DNA of 64,000 nt from Octopus vulgaris (taxonomy: Eukaryota), in the NCBI GenBank assembly GCA_951406725.2, contig OX597814.1, positions 83,204,001-83,268,000 of the forward strand. The letters run 5' to 3'. The notes beneath the pieces were generated by a model. It had not been told where the DNA came from. It saw nothing but the letters and a program-made list of their open reading frames with translations, and did no database searches. Below are positions 39,047-53,041 of this stretch, one piece after another. How positions within the stretch are numbered: the stretch's first letter is position 1; the number at the start of each line of letters is the position of its first letter. A program made the translations under genes and the position numbers.

Positions 39047-41462
39047 TGTGCCACAAAAAAGCACCAAGTACACATTTTTGTTAACACTAAGAAGGGCATC
39101 CACCCCTAGAAACTATGCCAAAGCAGACATTGGAGCATGATACAGTCCTTGGACTCCTCACATCCTGTCAAACCATCCAATCTATGCTAGCATGGAATAT
39201 GGATTTTAAATGAGGAGGAGGAGGGTAGTGGTGGTGGTGGTGTATAGCAACTGACCATAATGTAAATAATTAAGATTCTTTAAGTATCTGATTCAAAAGC
39301 CTCTTTAACATTAATATCAGGTTGTGTAGTATGTTCTGCCTGATTACAAGTTTGAACCTGTTGAAATTTATTCTGGACATTTACTGATGCATAGTCATTT
39401 TATGAAGAGTTCCCAGAAAGTAACAAACATATTTTTGTATATTAAAATGATTGCAGTGTTGAAGACACACATTAGCAATTCAGAAACACACAAAGACTGT
39501 TAACTTCACTTAAATGTTTATTGTTTGTAATATTGTGACATTCTTCTATAAGGTAGGGGAGTTGGGATTGAGGTGAGGAAAGATGAGTGGAAGCTGCAAT
39601 GATGAGGTTGGAAGTGCAGGGAGGATAGAGAGAGAGAATAATACAAGACATACATTAAGAAGCTCAACTAACCATAGTTATTAGCAGTTTATATTAGTTG
39701 TATAGAAAGTTCCATCTGACTTTTAGTGTTTATTTAAAAACACAAACATTATATTTAATAGTGATTGTAATTATGTGTATAATTTCCTTCATTTTGAATG
39801 TATGATTTGATTAATTCTTTGTATTTTGAATTAAAATACATTTTTAATTCATTTTCTATGTCTTCCCTTCTAGTCATATTTTTCCTAACTGAACAGGAAA
39901 AGTTTTGTAAAGTTTTAGATTAGAAAAGTCTGATAGAGCAAGGACTGGAGAATATAGAAGGTGTAGCATATTTCCTATCTGAATGATTCCAGAACATTTT
40001 TAGTGATTTGTGTGGTGTGAGGTCAAGGCACTATCATAATGAAAGAAAACTTCCCTATGGTTTATTGAGGCAGGATGTTTTCTGACCAAAGTAGTCTTCA
40101 AATGGTAAAGTTGCTGACAGTAGACATCAGAAGTGATTATTTGATTCAATCTTAAAAGCTTGTATTAAATAAGCTTTTGAGGATGAAATTCCTACCTTAT
40201 TCCACTAAACACTCAATAAAATTTTCTTTTGAAGTTCCCTTCATTAAAGTGGTACATGATTTTGGTTTGGGATAAGCCTCTGTCTGTAGTACTTAATATT
40301 GCTGTAAAGTGTCCATTTCTTATCTCCATTCACAATCTGCTTTAAAAATAGTGCGTAATTCACAGCAGTGAAGCCTTTATTGACAATTTGCTGCTAAGAG
40401 AACATAAGGAATCAATTTTCCCTCCACTTTGAAATTTTTCCAGGCCCCTTCAAATGATTGCAGTCTTAATACTGTCATTAAACCCTGTGGAAAGCTTTCA
40501 ATTCTTACCTTGCACAATTCATCATCCAATTTTGAAGCACATATCGATCTAGGTTTATCAAGCACACTGAAATTGCCATGTCTGAATTTTCTAAACCACC
40601 TTCTGCAAGTTCTTTCATTCACTGCATCTTGATCAAAAGCCTTTTGAACATTTCTGGCTATCTTACTTTCAGTGGAACCTTAATGACACTCAGAAAGCAT
40701 AATGCAATGAATATGCTCTTTGCTTTATAAAGAAAAGTAGTACACTAAAATTATGGAGAGGTACATGCATGCCAGGTGTCTTGATCTCTGAATTTGTGTT
40801 GAAACTAAAATAATTGTTTGGAAGATACATATTTGCCATTCAGAAACTCACAAAGACAAACTTCACTTAAACATTTATTGTTTGTAACATGGTGTTAAAA
40901 TTTTCATTGCTCCAAAACTGCAACCTGGTCACTGACAATATGGAGCAACAATAAATTTGGCACGCTATTACAAACAATAAATGTTTAAGTGAAGTTAACA
41001 GTCTTTGTGTTTTTCTGAATAGCTAATATATATCTTCATCCTGCAATCATTTTAATATACTAAAATGTCTGTTACTCTCTGAGAACTCTTCATAAAATGA
41101 TTATGCATCAGTAAATGGAAACAGTCTTTATAACTTTTACAAAAATCAGGTTTCAACAGGTTCAAACTTGTAGTCAGACAGAATATTTTATACATCCTGA
41201 TATCAATGTTAAAGGGACTTTTGAATCAGATACTTAAAGAATTTTAACCATTTACATTATCGTCAATTACTATACACCATCATCATCATTCTCATTCTCA
41301 TTTAAAATCCATGTTCCATGCTGGCATGGATTGGATGGTTTGACAGGATTTGAGGGTTCAAGGACTGTATCATGCTTCAGTGTCTGCTTTGGCATAGATT
41401 CTAGGGCTGGATGTCCTTCCTCATGTTAACGCAAGTGTGTACTGGGTACTTTTTAGTGGCAC
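39047..41462. repeat. Inverted duplication: arms ~39047-39531 and ~40966-41462
   Basis: RTE tail plus ~290 bp of flanking sequence (e.g. TTCTTTAAGTATCTGATTCAAAAG, CAAAGACTGTTAACTTCACTTAAA) recur as reverse complement. Confidence 0.88.
39890..40730 (-). mobile_element. Old mariner remnant
   Basis: KEHIHCIML...DAVNERTCRRWFRKFRHGNFSVLDKPRS at the 5' side and LLYSPVLALSDF (YSPDLAPSDF-like) near 39930-39960. Confidence 0.75.
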
Positions 41463-41837
41463 CATCACTAGTATGGTAACCATGCAACTTGTAAGACTAT
41501 GAGCCCAGAGCGAGAGGTAGCTTTATGTGATGAGTTGATGGGTTAAAATGTGAGAGAAGAGGTTAGAGCAGAAACGGTTTCTAGCTGTAGAAGAGTCAGA
41601 AAGGTTGGAAGTGAGGGGAAAGGAATACAAATTGTGATGGTGAGGTGTCTGAATGAACCCTCAATGTATGAGGTAAGCAGAAGTGAGTGGAGACACAAGA
41701 CTCAGGAATGCAGGAGTGCACGGGAGAGTAAGAGATGAGAAATGAATAAGGCAGTAAATATAATGAGAGAACAAGCATTAAATGTTGATAAGTAAGAAGG
41801 TAAAGAAGATTAGTTGACAACTGTAGAGATTATAATG

Positions 41838-42865
41838 TGTAGGAATACAACTGTATGTGAGGAGGTTGGTGACATAGGTCACCTTTTGTAAGCTACACGG
41901 TCGCATCCCTAACAAAATAAGATAAGCCTTAATACAACTTATATAATACAGTGCCAACAGAATATAAATGAATGACGACAAGCCGTTCCACTGTTTGAGA
42001 GAAGAGAAGATTTTATTAACAAGGTATTAAAGTTAGTGTTGTGAGTGCTCGCAAGTGTTGTGTATGTGTGCATGCAACAAGTATTTGTGTCTGTGTGTTC
42101 ATGTGTGTGACAGATACAAAGTTGAACATGTATAACACAGAAATACAGAGTGTAAGATGAAAGTCTCAGCCTAGTGTTAAGATGGAATTTAGATTACCAG
42201 TTCATGCATGAAGTACACGATATGCAAGAGTTCTATACAAGAAGTTGTGTCTCGAGGTGGAGGCAGGTTAGGCGAAAATGCTGAGCCGCGGTTGTAGCCT
42301 CAAAACTGAGCTGGGTCTCTTAATATAGAAGTTTTCAGATGGACTGTTTTACTTGGTGAAAGGTTCACTCTAACAGAGTAAGTCTGTGTAGTTGGTGTGT
42401 ACATATCTGAAGTTGACGATGGTAGAGACAACGTAAAGTTGGTACGATGATGATGACCACGGCAGAGGAGATAGAAAACATTCTGTCTGTTGCTGGTGTA
42501 TAATAGCGTCGTAGTAGCTGGCTGACTGGTCGTCTGTCGCTGGAAACTGGAACATGGCTGAGTATGATGATGGTCAGTGACTAGACTGGACCCTAAGGGG
42601 TCTAGAGTCAAAGACCCAGTATACTGAAAGCAAGCCCTTTATATAGAGGAGAAATGGATCAAACAGAGCCTAGGAAAAACAGTGTCACCAAAGGCCATGA
42701 TTGGCTGGCTTTGCAGTGGCACAAAATAAGTAGAGACAAACCACATCACATGCCAACCAATCAGATCAGTGGACACAACAGGAACAACCCAGCCAAAGAT
42801 GGCTGTAATCTCAAACGAGATCATTCCTGTTGTGTCTCTCAGTGAAGATATCAGATACTGCTACA
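41838..42865 (-). mobile_element. Solo LTR (1028 bp), probably Gypsy-type
   Basis: Termini TGTAGGAATA...TACTGCTACA (TG..CA, short inverted repeat); 4-bp TSD AATG at 41834-41837 and 42866-42869; minus-strand TATATAAA (~42640), CCAAT boxes and AATAAA (~42015); CpG-richer than flanks. Confidence 0.8.
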
Positions 42866-43315
42866 AATGAATGGTGGATATAAAAGGAGGGGATGACAAA
42901 TAATGAATGGGGGAGGGAAGAATTGCAGAATAGTAATGATGACAGAGTGGACAGGGTAAAGATGAGAGAGATGGCTTAGTAGGGTGATTCATGTAAAATG
43001 TGGGTGGAGAGGACAGTATTTAAGATGTATATCAAGTGAAATAGTTCCAGATAGTTGGCAAAATAGATGATATGAAGAAAAAATGATGGAGTAGGAGGAG
43101 TTTTCATAAGTCTGAAAAAAGAGCACAGTGTTAGGTAATATAGTAGTTTTATTATTTATGCAGAATCACAAATTAAATTCCATAAACAGCCAAAATATTT
43201 CTGGATGATTTCAGAAATAATTAAGTTTCTGTATAGCCATCCTTTCTTTGTAGAGAAGATTACTCATTTGTGAAGCCATCTGGTAAGCTTTAACCATATT
43301 TAGAGCCTAATTTAT

Positions 43316-43348
<33 letters not shown>

Positions 43349-44544
43349 ATGATTTGTTACCACATTTTTCATATCTACTGAGGCCAAAAACCTGCTATAA
43401 ATGTGATTCCTTGAATAAAACAAATTAAATTTCTTTTATCCAAAAACTATGAACTGCAAATTAGTATAAGAGTGGCTTCAGCTACATGGCAGAGATTAGA
43501 AGAAATTTAAGGCTTATTGTACAGAGGAAAGGAAGTGAATACAAGATTATTATCAGCTACAGTATTGCACCATGTTAGAAACCATCTTTAAGCTGTTAAT
43601 ATGATTGCTCCTGGCAATCCAGGAAATATCAGACACTAGTCCATAATCAGCATATTCATGACCCTTATCCAATCTCATTATCATTCTTCCCCATTTAGGA
43701 GTCAACTTCAGAAGCATGGCATGTCAGTTAATTGGCCTGTTTAAGTTTATGGCCAAGCTAATGCTAAATGGAGTGCACAGCTGATTTCTTTCTGAAGACA
43801 AGTTGGCACATTTTAATAATGCTATCATTGTGTTTCTTAACCATATGAGAGGCAAACTGTGCAAGCAGTACTGGTCAAACATGGACAGTATTCTCCCCCA
43901 AAGTATATTACAGCCACACCACTACAATCATCATCATCATCTTTTTGGTGCTCTCTTCTTTACAGGTTAGACTAGTCCGCAACACAGCATGCCTCCATTC
44001 ATTTCAAATTGTGTTTCATCTCTTACGTGTTGCTGTGTTAATGTATTGCTAGCTTACCAATACATGGCAATAAGTAGGAATGGGTGAGAAAAATAGTACG
44101 CCTGATCTGCCAATCAGTATTTGATCAACTTAAAAACATCTCAGCTCAAACAAGATCAACATAAACAAATAATATTAATTTCTTTAACCCAGATCAACTG
44201 AGCAAAATTTTCTTTATATTAATTAGCAAAATTGGCTCCATGCCCCCTCTGAGATATGCCTAATATTTTGCTATTTTTTTCTGTTCATTCCTTTTAATTT
44301 TTGTGTTTACGTTTCTATTATTGAATTATTTATTTTATTCTGATACCTTTTATTTGGGTTAAAATGATTAGTCACCACTTGTAAAGCAGCTGTGGTAAAT
44401 AGCAGCAGAAGTAATAACTTTTTCACTGTCTCTTAATTTCTTTGCTTGCAAGAAATGCGCTATGGGTGTGTTGTGGGATGGCATATAGCATAATGTGTTA
44501 TGATGGAGTTGTGGTGCGGTATGGTATGGTAACTGGATAGTATT

Positions 44545-44586
44545 TATATGTATGTATGCATATATATGTATATTTGTGTGTGCATG

Positions 44587-44617
<31 letters not shown>

Positions 44618-44684
44618 CTCACACACAAATATATATATACATATATATAAATATATATATGTATATTTGTATGTGCATGTCTGA

Positions 44685-44725
<41 letters not shown>

Positions 44726-44825
44726 GTGTATTATATATATATATGTCTTTTTGTGTGCGTGTGTAAATATATGTGTATATTCATGATGTGTGTGTAATTA
44801 TATATGTCTATACATATGTGTGTAA
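44545..44825. repeat. Compound (TA)/(TG) microsatellite
   Basis: Direct reading. Confidence 0.9.
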
Positions 44826-47800
44826 TTTACTTTTTCACTTTCTCTTGGTGTTTTAGATATTAAGAATTACAGTAGACTATAAAAGAAGATATCGAAGTTA
44901 GAATGATTGAGGTTAAGCTATGGTATTATTGATCCATCATTATTGATTTCTTCACTTTTGGTTCTTATATTTCTTCTTTTTGCTTTTTGTTGTTTCTTAA
45001 TTTCCTTATTTTTTTACTTTCTTTGAGATTATATATTTTAGGAAAAATATAGAAGAATTTGGAAAGTATAGTGGAATATAGTAGAATAAACAAGAGTCTG
45101 TTAGCCTATGATAGACTTACAGTATATTACATGGAAAAGCTTTAAAACCCTTACAAACCTTTTTAAGGATTACTAGTTGTTTAGTGCCAAATCAGCCCTA
45201 ATTCAAAAGACCTATGATCAGTGGTATTCCATTGTGTATTCTATTTTCAGTCATAGCATAAAAGTGTGAGTTAAGGTAGATTTGGTTGCTATTTTTAGAG
45301 GCCCGCTTCATAGCTCATTTAAAATTTAGGGTTTTCTACACTGATGTCATTTCTTGAAATGGATGAAAGATAAATTGCTATCTAGTTAGGACATTGTCTA
45401 TTCCTGTTAATATCTCAGCATAATATTTTATTTTATTTTTTGGCAGTTAGAGAATCTGAGGCAATGTAGAATTAATGTGTTCTATCCATAAATACAACAG
45501 ACTTGCTGAGGATGAGTTTAAACCCATAACTTATGAACAGATATGCCAATACATTATCCATTTGGCCATTGTCCTTGCAATATCATGAGGTTGGGATGGT
45601 TGAATAAAAGGAAGGAGAATAGAATGTAGAGGAATACAGCAAAATTCTGCAAAATTAGGTAGATTTGGAAAAATATGATCAAATGTTATATTGTATTAAT
45701 TTATGTTGTGGTGTGGATGAATGTAGCTAAATACATTGAAAATAGTGGAGTTTAGACTGCAGAAGAGTTTGGTAGAGGACTTGACAGTTTGTATTGTCAT
45801 GAAGATACTGAAATTGCAAAAGGGAAACAAGTGGATTTACACACACACGCACACGCACATGCGCGCATGCACACATGTGCACACACACACACACACACAT
45901 AAACATACACAAGCATACATACATCACACACAAACACATATATATGTATGTGTGTATCTTTTGACAAATGTGTTTATCCACAATTGCTAGTTGTGGAACA
46001 TGACTGTCACTACATAAACCTGATGATTGCATAATGCATGAAAGTATCAGTTTATTTCAATATTGTAAAATTGTAAATAATGAAATGTGAAAATCTAAGT
46101 TGGAATTTCATTGATTAACACATACACACACACATATGCATATAAATATAAATATTTATACACCCACACATAGATATATATTTTATGCCTATATTTTCCA
46201 CACTCACAGAACAAATGGATTTATACAAGTATGTTTGTGTGTAAGTATATATGTGTGTGTGTGTGTTGTTTCAATAAAAGTTGGCAAGAGCAGAGCTACA
46301 TATTTTATTATAAAGGATGACATTAAATTTATTTGATGATGATGTTAATAGTCTATTTATTAACCCGTTGTGAATTGGTAGAGTTAGATTGTTGGATTGA
46401 ACGCCTAACAATACTTGTTCTGGCTCTCTACAATTTGAGTTCACATCTCACTGAGGTAGCTTTACCTTTCATCCTTTCAGGTTTGATAAAAACAAAAGGC
46501 TGATGGTCTAACAATTTCAGATTGCTTTAATTTTTAGAGCACAACACAAGATGACATGCAGGAAACTCCGTAATTTCTGGGTTCAAATCCTGCCTCATCA
46601 CCATAAAGTAGTGATACTTCTGTCAAGAGCTGCATTAGCAATTTTACAAATCCAGTGAAAATTTATTTTCCTTGTTCATTTGGAAAATTGGTTGCCATGA
46701 CAAAACGTGTTCCAGCTGTAACTATTTTGTAGTTTGGTATATCAAGGATCACACTGCCATACCTTTTTATATTTTTTATTAGACAGTAGAATATAATTTG
46801 AGGGAGAGTCGACTCCTATTTCTACCAGGTTATGCAGCCTCAGAGAGGATCAAGAACTTTATTAGTCAGTGAGGAGAAGAGTAAAAGTTTAAATATTTTG
46901 CTTCAACATCATCTTGGTTCTGATAACTAAAACTCCTAAAGAACAGGAGAATTAATCTTGTCACATCACCAACAAGCCTTTTAGACCATTGAGAATGCAT
47001 TATGGGGAAAATTAACTTCAATTGGATTAAAGTAGTTTAACCATTTGAACCTGTGAGTATACTTTAATGGGTGCAATTTGGAAAGACACAAAAGCAAGTG
47101 GGCCCCCATGGTTTTGTATTTACAGCCCCTATTTAGTAGAAACATTGTTATTTTTTGCACATGAACACAAAGCCATGTCGCTGCCTACTTTTGCATCTTC
47201 CAGGGGTACAGTTGAACAAAATCATGTTCTGTGAAGTATTTTTGTGGGATTAAAGGATTAATATTTAATTTGAACTTTTGGCAGTTTGTGGTTGAGGTCA
47301 AAACATAACCAATGAATGAGATTTAATAGTATACATTTTGGGAAGGAAGAACTGGAGAAAAATACTTAGTATGAGGTAGAATTAATTGCATGAGAGGTAG
47401 GTGCATGGTGTATCTGCTATTGTTGTATTGTTGTTCAGCCATGACTGAGCAGATCTATGACCATCCATGACCATTCTGTATTTTATTCAAATATTTTACA
47501 TCTAAAACCATGTGTTAGTTCAGTAAGTCTTACTCTCTTTTAAAAGAGTAGGATGGGATTTGAGGAAGATGTGGCTGTTATTTCTTGCAGGTCTAGCCAC
47601 CTGTATAGAGACTGTCTTGCTTGTAGTGTGAGATAAGAGTGGTGATAGTGATGAAAGATATAAATGGTGGTAGAATTATTGCTGGTAGTAGCGGTATTGA
47701 ATGTAGTTATCATAATGGTAATAATGCTGAAGTGTGATGTGCACAATGCTAATTAAATTATTGTTGTGATGGTCACTGTGATGATGATGATGATGACAGT

Positions 47801-48584
47801 GGTGATGTTGATGATACGTATGAGGTAATGGAGATGAAAAACATAAACAAGTGAATATTAAAATTATAGTGCTAATTATCGTGATGGTAGTGGGTGGCAA
47901 TGATGAGAAGAGATGTGTTCGCAGTGAAACTAATGAAGGTGATAGGGACAATAAAAACAGAGATGATTGTAATAGGTAACGAAATTAAAATAGAAATAAA
48001 TTCAATCAACCAAATCTAAACATAATTACACTAACAAATAAATTCTCAACACTTCATTATTAATTACAGCTATGAAACATTCTGGCTGAAACCTTGCAAA
48101 GAATTGTGATTTTTATTAACTCTTGCCCTCATACTATACCTGTGTGAGTTTATAACCTAATTATTGATTCCCAAGTGAAACTTTGTTCATTTCACATTGT
48201 TGCAATCCATAAATGTTAGAAATTGCTATTCTCTGACTTCAATTTTTTTTTAAAATCATGCATGTTGTTGTCTGTCTTATTGTTTAGACACAGATCAGTT
48301 TTGTTTCAGAAGACAGACATATGATGAAAAGTGTTTCAACCTTGACAATGTTATCTATTTGTGTATCCAAGACCACATCACCCAATGGTCCTTGTAGCAG
48401 GTCTAAGCAACCACATAAAGCCTCCTTCCCTCATTAGCTCATCAGCATAGTTATAGGGATATGAGACATTTCAGTACAGTCATTTTGGTGCAGCCTCTGT
48501 GGTGTTGCTGATCCACCACTGATTTATTTGACTTTAGTTGTTTTAATGTTTCTTCCTCCTCTCTCATCTATTTATTTATTTATT

Positions 48585-48782
48585 TATATTTAAAGAGCAG
48601 AACCACTAGGTGGTCAGCCATATGCTAGAAGTAGATTACCTACGATCAAACTACAAAGAAAAGAATGTTCTCTAGAGGAAAATTCAGCGACACCAGAACC
48701 ATTCTTTTCTTTGTAGTTTGATCGTAGGTGATCTACTTCTAGCATACAGCCGACCACCTAGTGGTTCTGCCCTTTAAATATA
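48585..48782. repeat. Foldback element: ~87-bp arms, ~23-bp loop
   Basis: TATATTTAAAG.GCAGAACCACTAGGTGGTC.GC...TGCTAGAAGTAGAT.ACCTACGATCAAACTACAAAGAAAAGAATG mirrored at 48695-48782 with few mismatches. Confidence 0.92.
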
Positions 48783-49799
48783 CACATGTATTAGAATTTT
48801 CTCTGATTTTTCAGATTTTTGTATGCTAGGCTACTGGTTTTAAATTGATATTAATTAAATTAATATTAAATTTATCTCCCTCATTATTTAAATATTTATT
48901 TATTTATGAATGTATGTATGTATGTATGTATCCATCCATCCATCCATCTCAGGTTTATGTGTGTGAGCATCTAGTTATATTTCTATGTATCTGTAATGTC
49001 TTTCTCTTTTTCTCTCTTCTCTCATCCAATCCACCTTTGTATGTATGTGCAATCTGTCTCTCTCTCTCTGTATGTTAGTATTTCTGTGTGTATGTATGTG
49101 TGTGTGTGTTTGTTCATTTGCCACCAGTATCAAAACATGGTTCCAAAACAAGTAGAATGTCCAATCAGCCATGCCAAATCATCATTGTCCAAAGAGCTGT
49201 GCTTGATCATCTCATTATGTAGGTATTTTGGTGAGTGCTGTAGGACAGCAATAATATTTTATTAATGGCATTTACTGCAGGTCAGTTCAAATTCATGGCC
49301 TTGTGCCAGTAATTAAGTTGTTAACAAATTAGAGTCAATACTCAGTTATTCATGTTAAACTAGACTGTTTCATTTCGTGTATATCAATCCATTTACAATA
49401 CCAGCATCTAAAAGAAAGACATGAAGGTCACAATTTCCTGCCGCTTCTTTCCATATAAACTTTGATGTCATGTGCATCAAGGTCACAGCTTTTTAATCTT
49501 CTTTCCCTGTAAACTCATTAGTTGAAGTCCACTGTTCTCAAATCTTCTCTTGCTGTTTGTTTACTATCAGTTTGTAGACCTTGATAGTGGTGGAAGTGGG
49601 CTTAATTTACAGCACCAACAAATGTCTTTTATGCGTCAGTTGCTCTCTGCATTTCATATAAATTGTTGTTGTATATTCTATCATTAGCACACAGTTGTTT
49701 TCTATAACCAAAATACATAATCCTCAATAACTGATTCATACGTTATTGTCATTTAACCCAGATCAGCCCTGATCATGCTAGCCTATTATTAAAGTCATT

Positions 49800-50010
49800 A
49801 AGGCAATGGGTTGATAGAATCTTTTGCATGCCACACAAATTGATTTGTAGTGTTTTGTCCATCTTTATGTTCTGAGTTCAAATTTTATCAAGGTTGACTT
49901 TGCCTTTTATCCTTTCAAGGTTGATTAAATAAGTACCAGTTAAGCACTTGGGTCATTGTTATCAACTAGCCCCTCCCCCCAAACCTTAGGCCTTGTGCCT
50001 ATAGTAGAAA
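49800..50010 (+). mobile_element. SINE family B copy
   Basis: GTTCTGAGTTCAAATT...GTTGACTTTGCCTTTTATCCTTT...AAGTACCAGTT...GGCCTTGTGCCTATAGTAGAAAG. Confidence 0.7.
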
Positions 50011-52848
50011 GTTAAAACCATTTCATTTGTGACCATTACCAAACATAGGGTATATAGGACTTCTCTAGCAAGAGCGTCCTTCCCTTTTTACAAAAGTAAC
50101 GTGCAAGGGAGATGTGACTATTATTTCTTGATTGTGTAGAGACTTTTTCATCCTAAGTTATTGCTTAATCCCAGGTCAACCATGATTCAATGGACATTTG
50201 ATTAAAGGTGTTGCAGCTGTAATCATACTAATTTTTTATCAAGTACAATGCAAAGGTTCACAATGTTTTATTCTTTAAGGTTGTAATGTGTGTCCCTCAT
50301 TTGCACATTTCATAATAAAATAGGTATTGTTGGTGGTAAATTCATCACTGTACTTAATAGCAGTATTGTGAAATTGACAAAGGGATTATTTTTGGCTTGA
50401 TGTACTAAATTTAATTCCTTCTCTAGAAAAAGCTTCTTGTAATAGAGCAGCATTTTATCAAAGGAAGATTCATCTTATATCTGCTTAATACTATGAAAAC
50501 TAGAGATTAACAATCTTGTTTTACGTATGCTTGTGCTTTGGGGAGATATTTGCTTCTTTTAACAAATGATCACATGTAATTCCACCCCCATCTCACCACA
50601 CACCACAATATACATATCAAAAGAAAAAACTCCAAACACCCCAAAATACTATGCACTGGAATTCAGGCAGCTGAAATACTGTTAAGCTGAAAATCTTATA
50701 TGGTCATTGATGATTAAGCAATATAGTTTGTGATTTAAGCACAAGGCCAGCAATTTTGAAGAGAAGTGGGATAAATCAATACCATATACTTCAATACTAG
50801 ACTGGTAATATATTTTATCACCTCCAGGGAATAAAAGACATATTTGACCTCAGCAAGAATTGAACTCAGAGTGAAAAGAGTTGGAACAAATACTAGCAAC
50901 ATTTTTTCAGTGCTCCATCAGTTCTACCAATGCACAAATCTTTGTTGTTGTTTAGCTCCAGTCAACCCTTTCAAAATCAATCTATACTCAAAGACACCAT
51001 GACTATCCTGTTGTTTCTGTTTCCAAACTTGCCTTCCTTTTTATTATAATAAAATATGATTTGAGAGACATTTGGCTACTATTTCAACTGGTTGAGACTA
51101 TCTTGGTTCAACACTTTGTTGTCATGCCATTTATAAGCACCAATGTGTGAAATTAAGCTCCTGGCAAGCTTAGCCTGTTGGATGATGATTTGTTTTGTTT
51201 TTATTTTAAGTCATCCACTTATACTTTGTACTTATGTATTTCTGCCAATTGTCAATGGCTTGGAAGAAGGATGGACTCTTCCAAGTTGACTTAACTATGA
51301 TAAATAACATGAAGAAAGAAATTGGTGGTGAGCCAACAACTCACTAAAGGGTATTTATAGTTTATTTTATATCTCAGTTTGTAAACAATAACATCATTGG
51401 TTATAGGATTTCTATAGGCCAATCACTGGCTCACTGTACTTTGAACAGCAAGAGTGACACTATAACTGTACAAGTGTATGTGTGTGCCTGCCTGCCTGCA
51501 TGAAATGCTAATCTGGACTCATGAAAATACATAATAAGGGTGTTGTACAGAATAAGCATTCAATCACGACACATCTGCAACAAAAAATAGTAGTCACTTG
51601 CTTTAGAAACCATTGTAGGTCCCATGGTTACTGAATAAAAGAAAGAAGGAAAGATTCGGAATTTGTGTATTTAATAATTAAATGAATGAAGACCATTGCA
51701 CATATGTACAATGGGCCTCTGAAGGGTTCTTTACAAGGCTTCTCAACCTGTCTTTGATTATAAGTCTGCTTGATCTGGGATTCATGGCTTCTCAGTGTCT
51801 GCTTACTTTTGCTCAGCATTCATATAAATTGAAGATACCTGGTACATATTCTATCACTGGCATCTAGTAATTACTGAAACAGAATAGAAATTTTATTCCA
51901 TTGCTAGAAAAGAGATGAATGGAAACACAGTATCATATTAATGCCTGGAGCAATAGAAGATATGTTGTTCTTTGCTAGATAATTAGCAGCTCAGTTGTAG
52001 ACTGTATTTTCTGAGACAGCATTATTATTGAAATAATCTGGATATAGATTTCTAAAGAGAGAATTGTACAGAAGCTTTTTGTACATGCATACAACATACA
52101 AAATACGTCGACACAGTTTCTGTCTACCAAATTCTATGCAAAGCTTATTGGTCAACTCAGAGTTATGATAGAAGACACTTATCAAGGTATCACTCTGAGG
52201 GATTAAACTTATAACCATATGCACCTCAGGTTATGGGACATTTTCAACTGCATTGTATTTTTTTAAATTTCAAATATTTTGCCTTCACTTTTTATAACAT
52301 TAAACAAATTGAAAACAAATCTTTCTTTGGCATAATTTCATCTTTTATCCTATGTGAATTTCCTCCCAGAAATCTTCCTATATCCAGCAGTTTGGAGAAT
52401 TTGGGATAGACAGTCAAGTGCCTTTCCCAAAGACATAAAGAAATAGCCACAATGAACTTATAACTTGAAATCTGCTACAATTCATTAAACAGTATGCTAT
52501 TCAAAGACCATTTGATACAAATCTAAATGGAATTAATCCAAGCTATGACTAAACATTGGAAATGATTTTCTTTTCATTTCCTGTTTTCAATTTTCAAAGG
52601 AAAGTATGAGTACAACTTAGTAATATCAGAAATATTAAATTTCTAAATATCTCATAGAAATATGTGCATTGGTGGAGCGATAGAGTGGTTGTTTACTGTC
52701 AACTTAACGTGACAGTCCCGTAAAGGGAATTACACCACCGCTATTTAGCCCTAGGAAGCATCAACGCTTCCTGTCAGCCTTGACACATTTCCTGTGTTCT
52801 TATATATTTATGAAGGGGAGACAAACACCCCCAACAGCTAGGCCTGCA

Positions 52849-52894
52849 TCTAGAGACATGCATGTTTCTGGGTCTTGCCCATCATCAGTCTAGA
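52849..52894 (-). ncRNA. Type I hammerhead ribozyme (minus-strand copy)
   Basis: Exact reverse complement of 52996-53041. Confidence 0.85.
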
Positions 52895-52995
52895 GTAGCA
52901 TTTTGGTGATTTTGGTGATCAGTGAATAAACTTCACTGAAAATATATACATTTACGAAGTCTAGACAGATATCTTCAGCTAGCAGGCCTTGCTAC

Positions 52996-53041
52996 TCTAG
53001 ACTGATGATGGGCAAGACCCAGAAACATGCATGTCTCTAGA
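52996..53041 (+). ncRNA. Type I hammerhead ribozyme (plus-strand copy)
   Basis: TCTAGA-CTGATGA-TGGG-caaga-CCCA-GAAA-CATGCATG-TC-TCTAGA: complete CUGAUGA/GAAA/GUC core, stem I TCTAGA/TCTAGA, stem II TGGG/CCCA, palindromic stem III ACATGCATGT; predicted cleavage after C53035. Confidence 0.88.
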
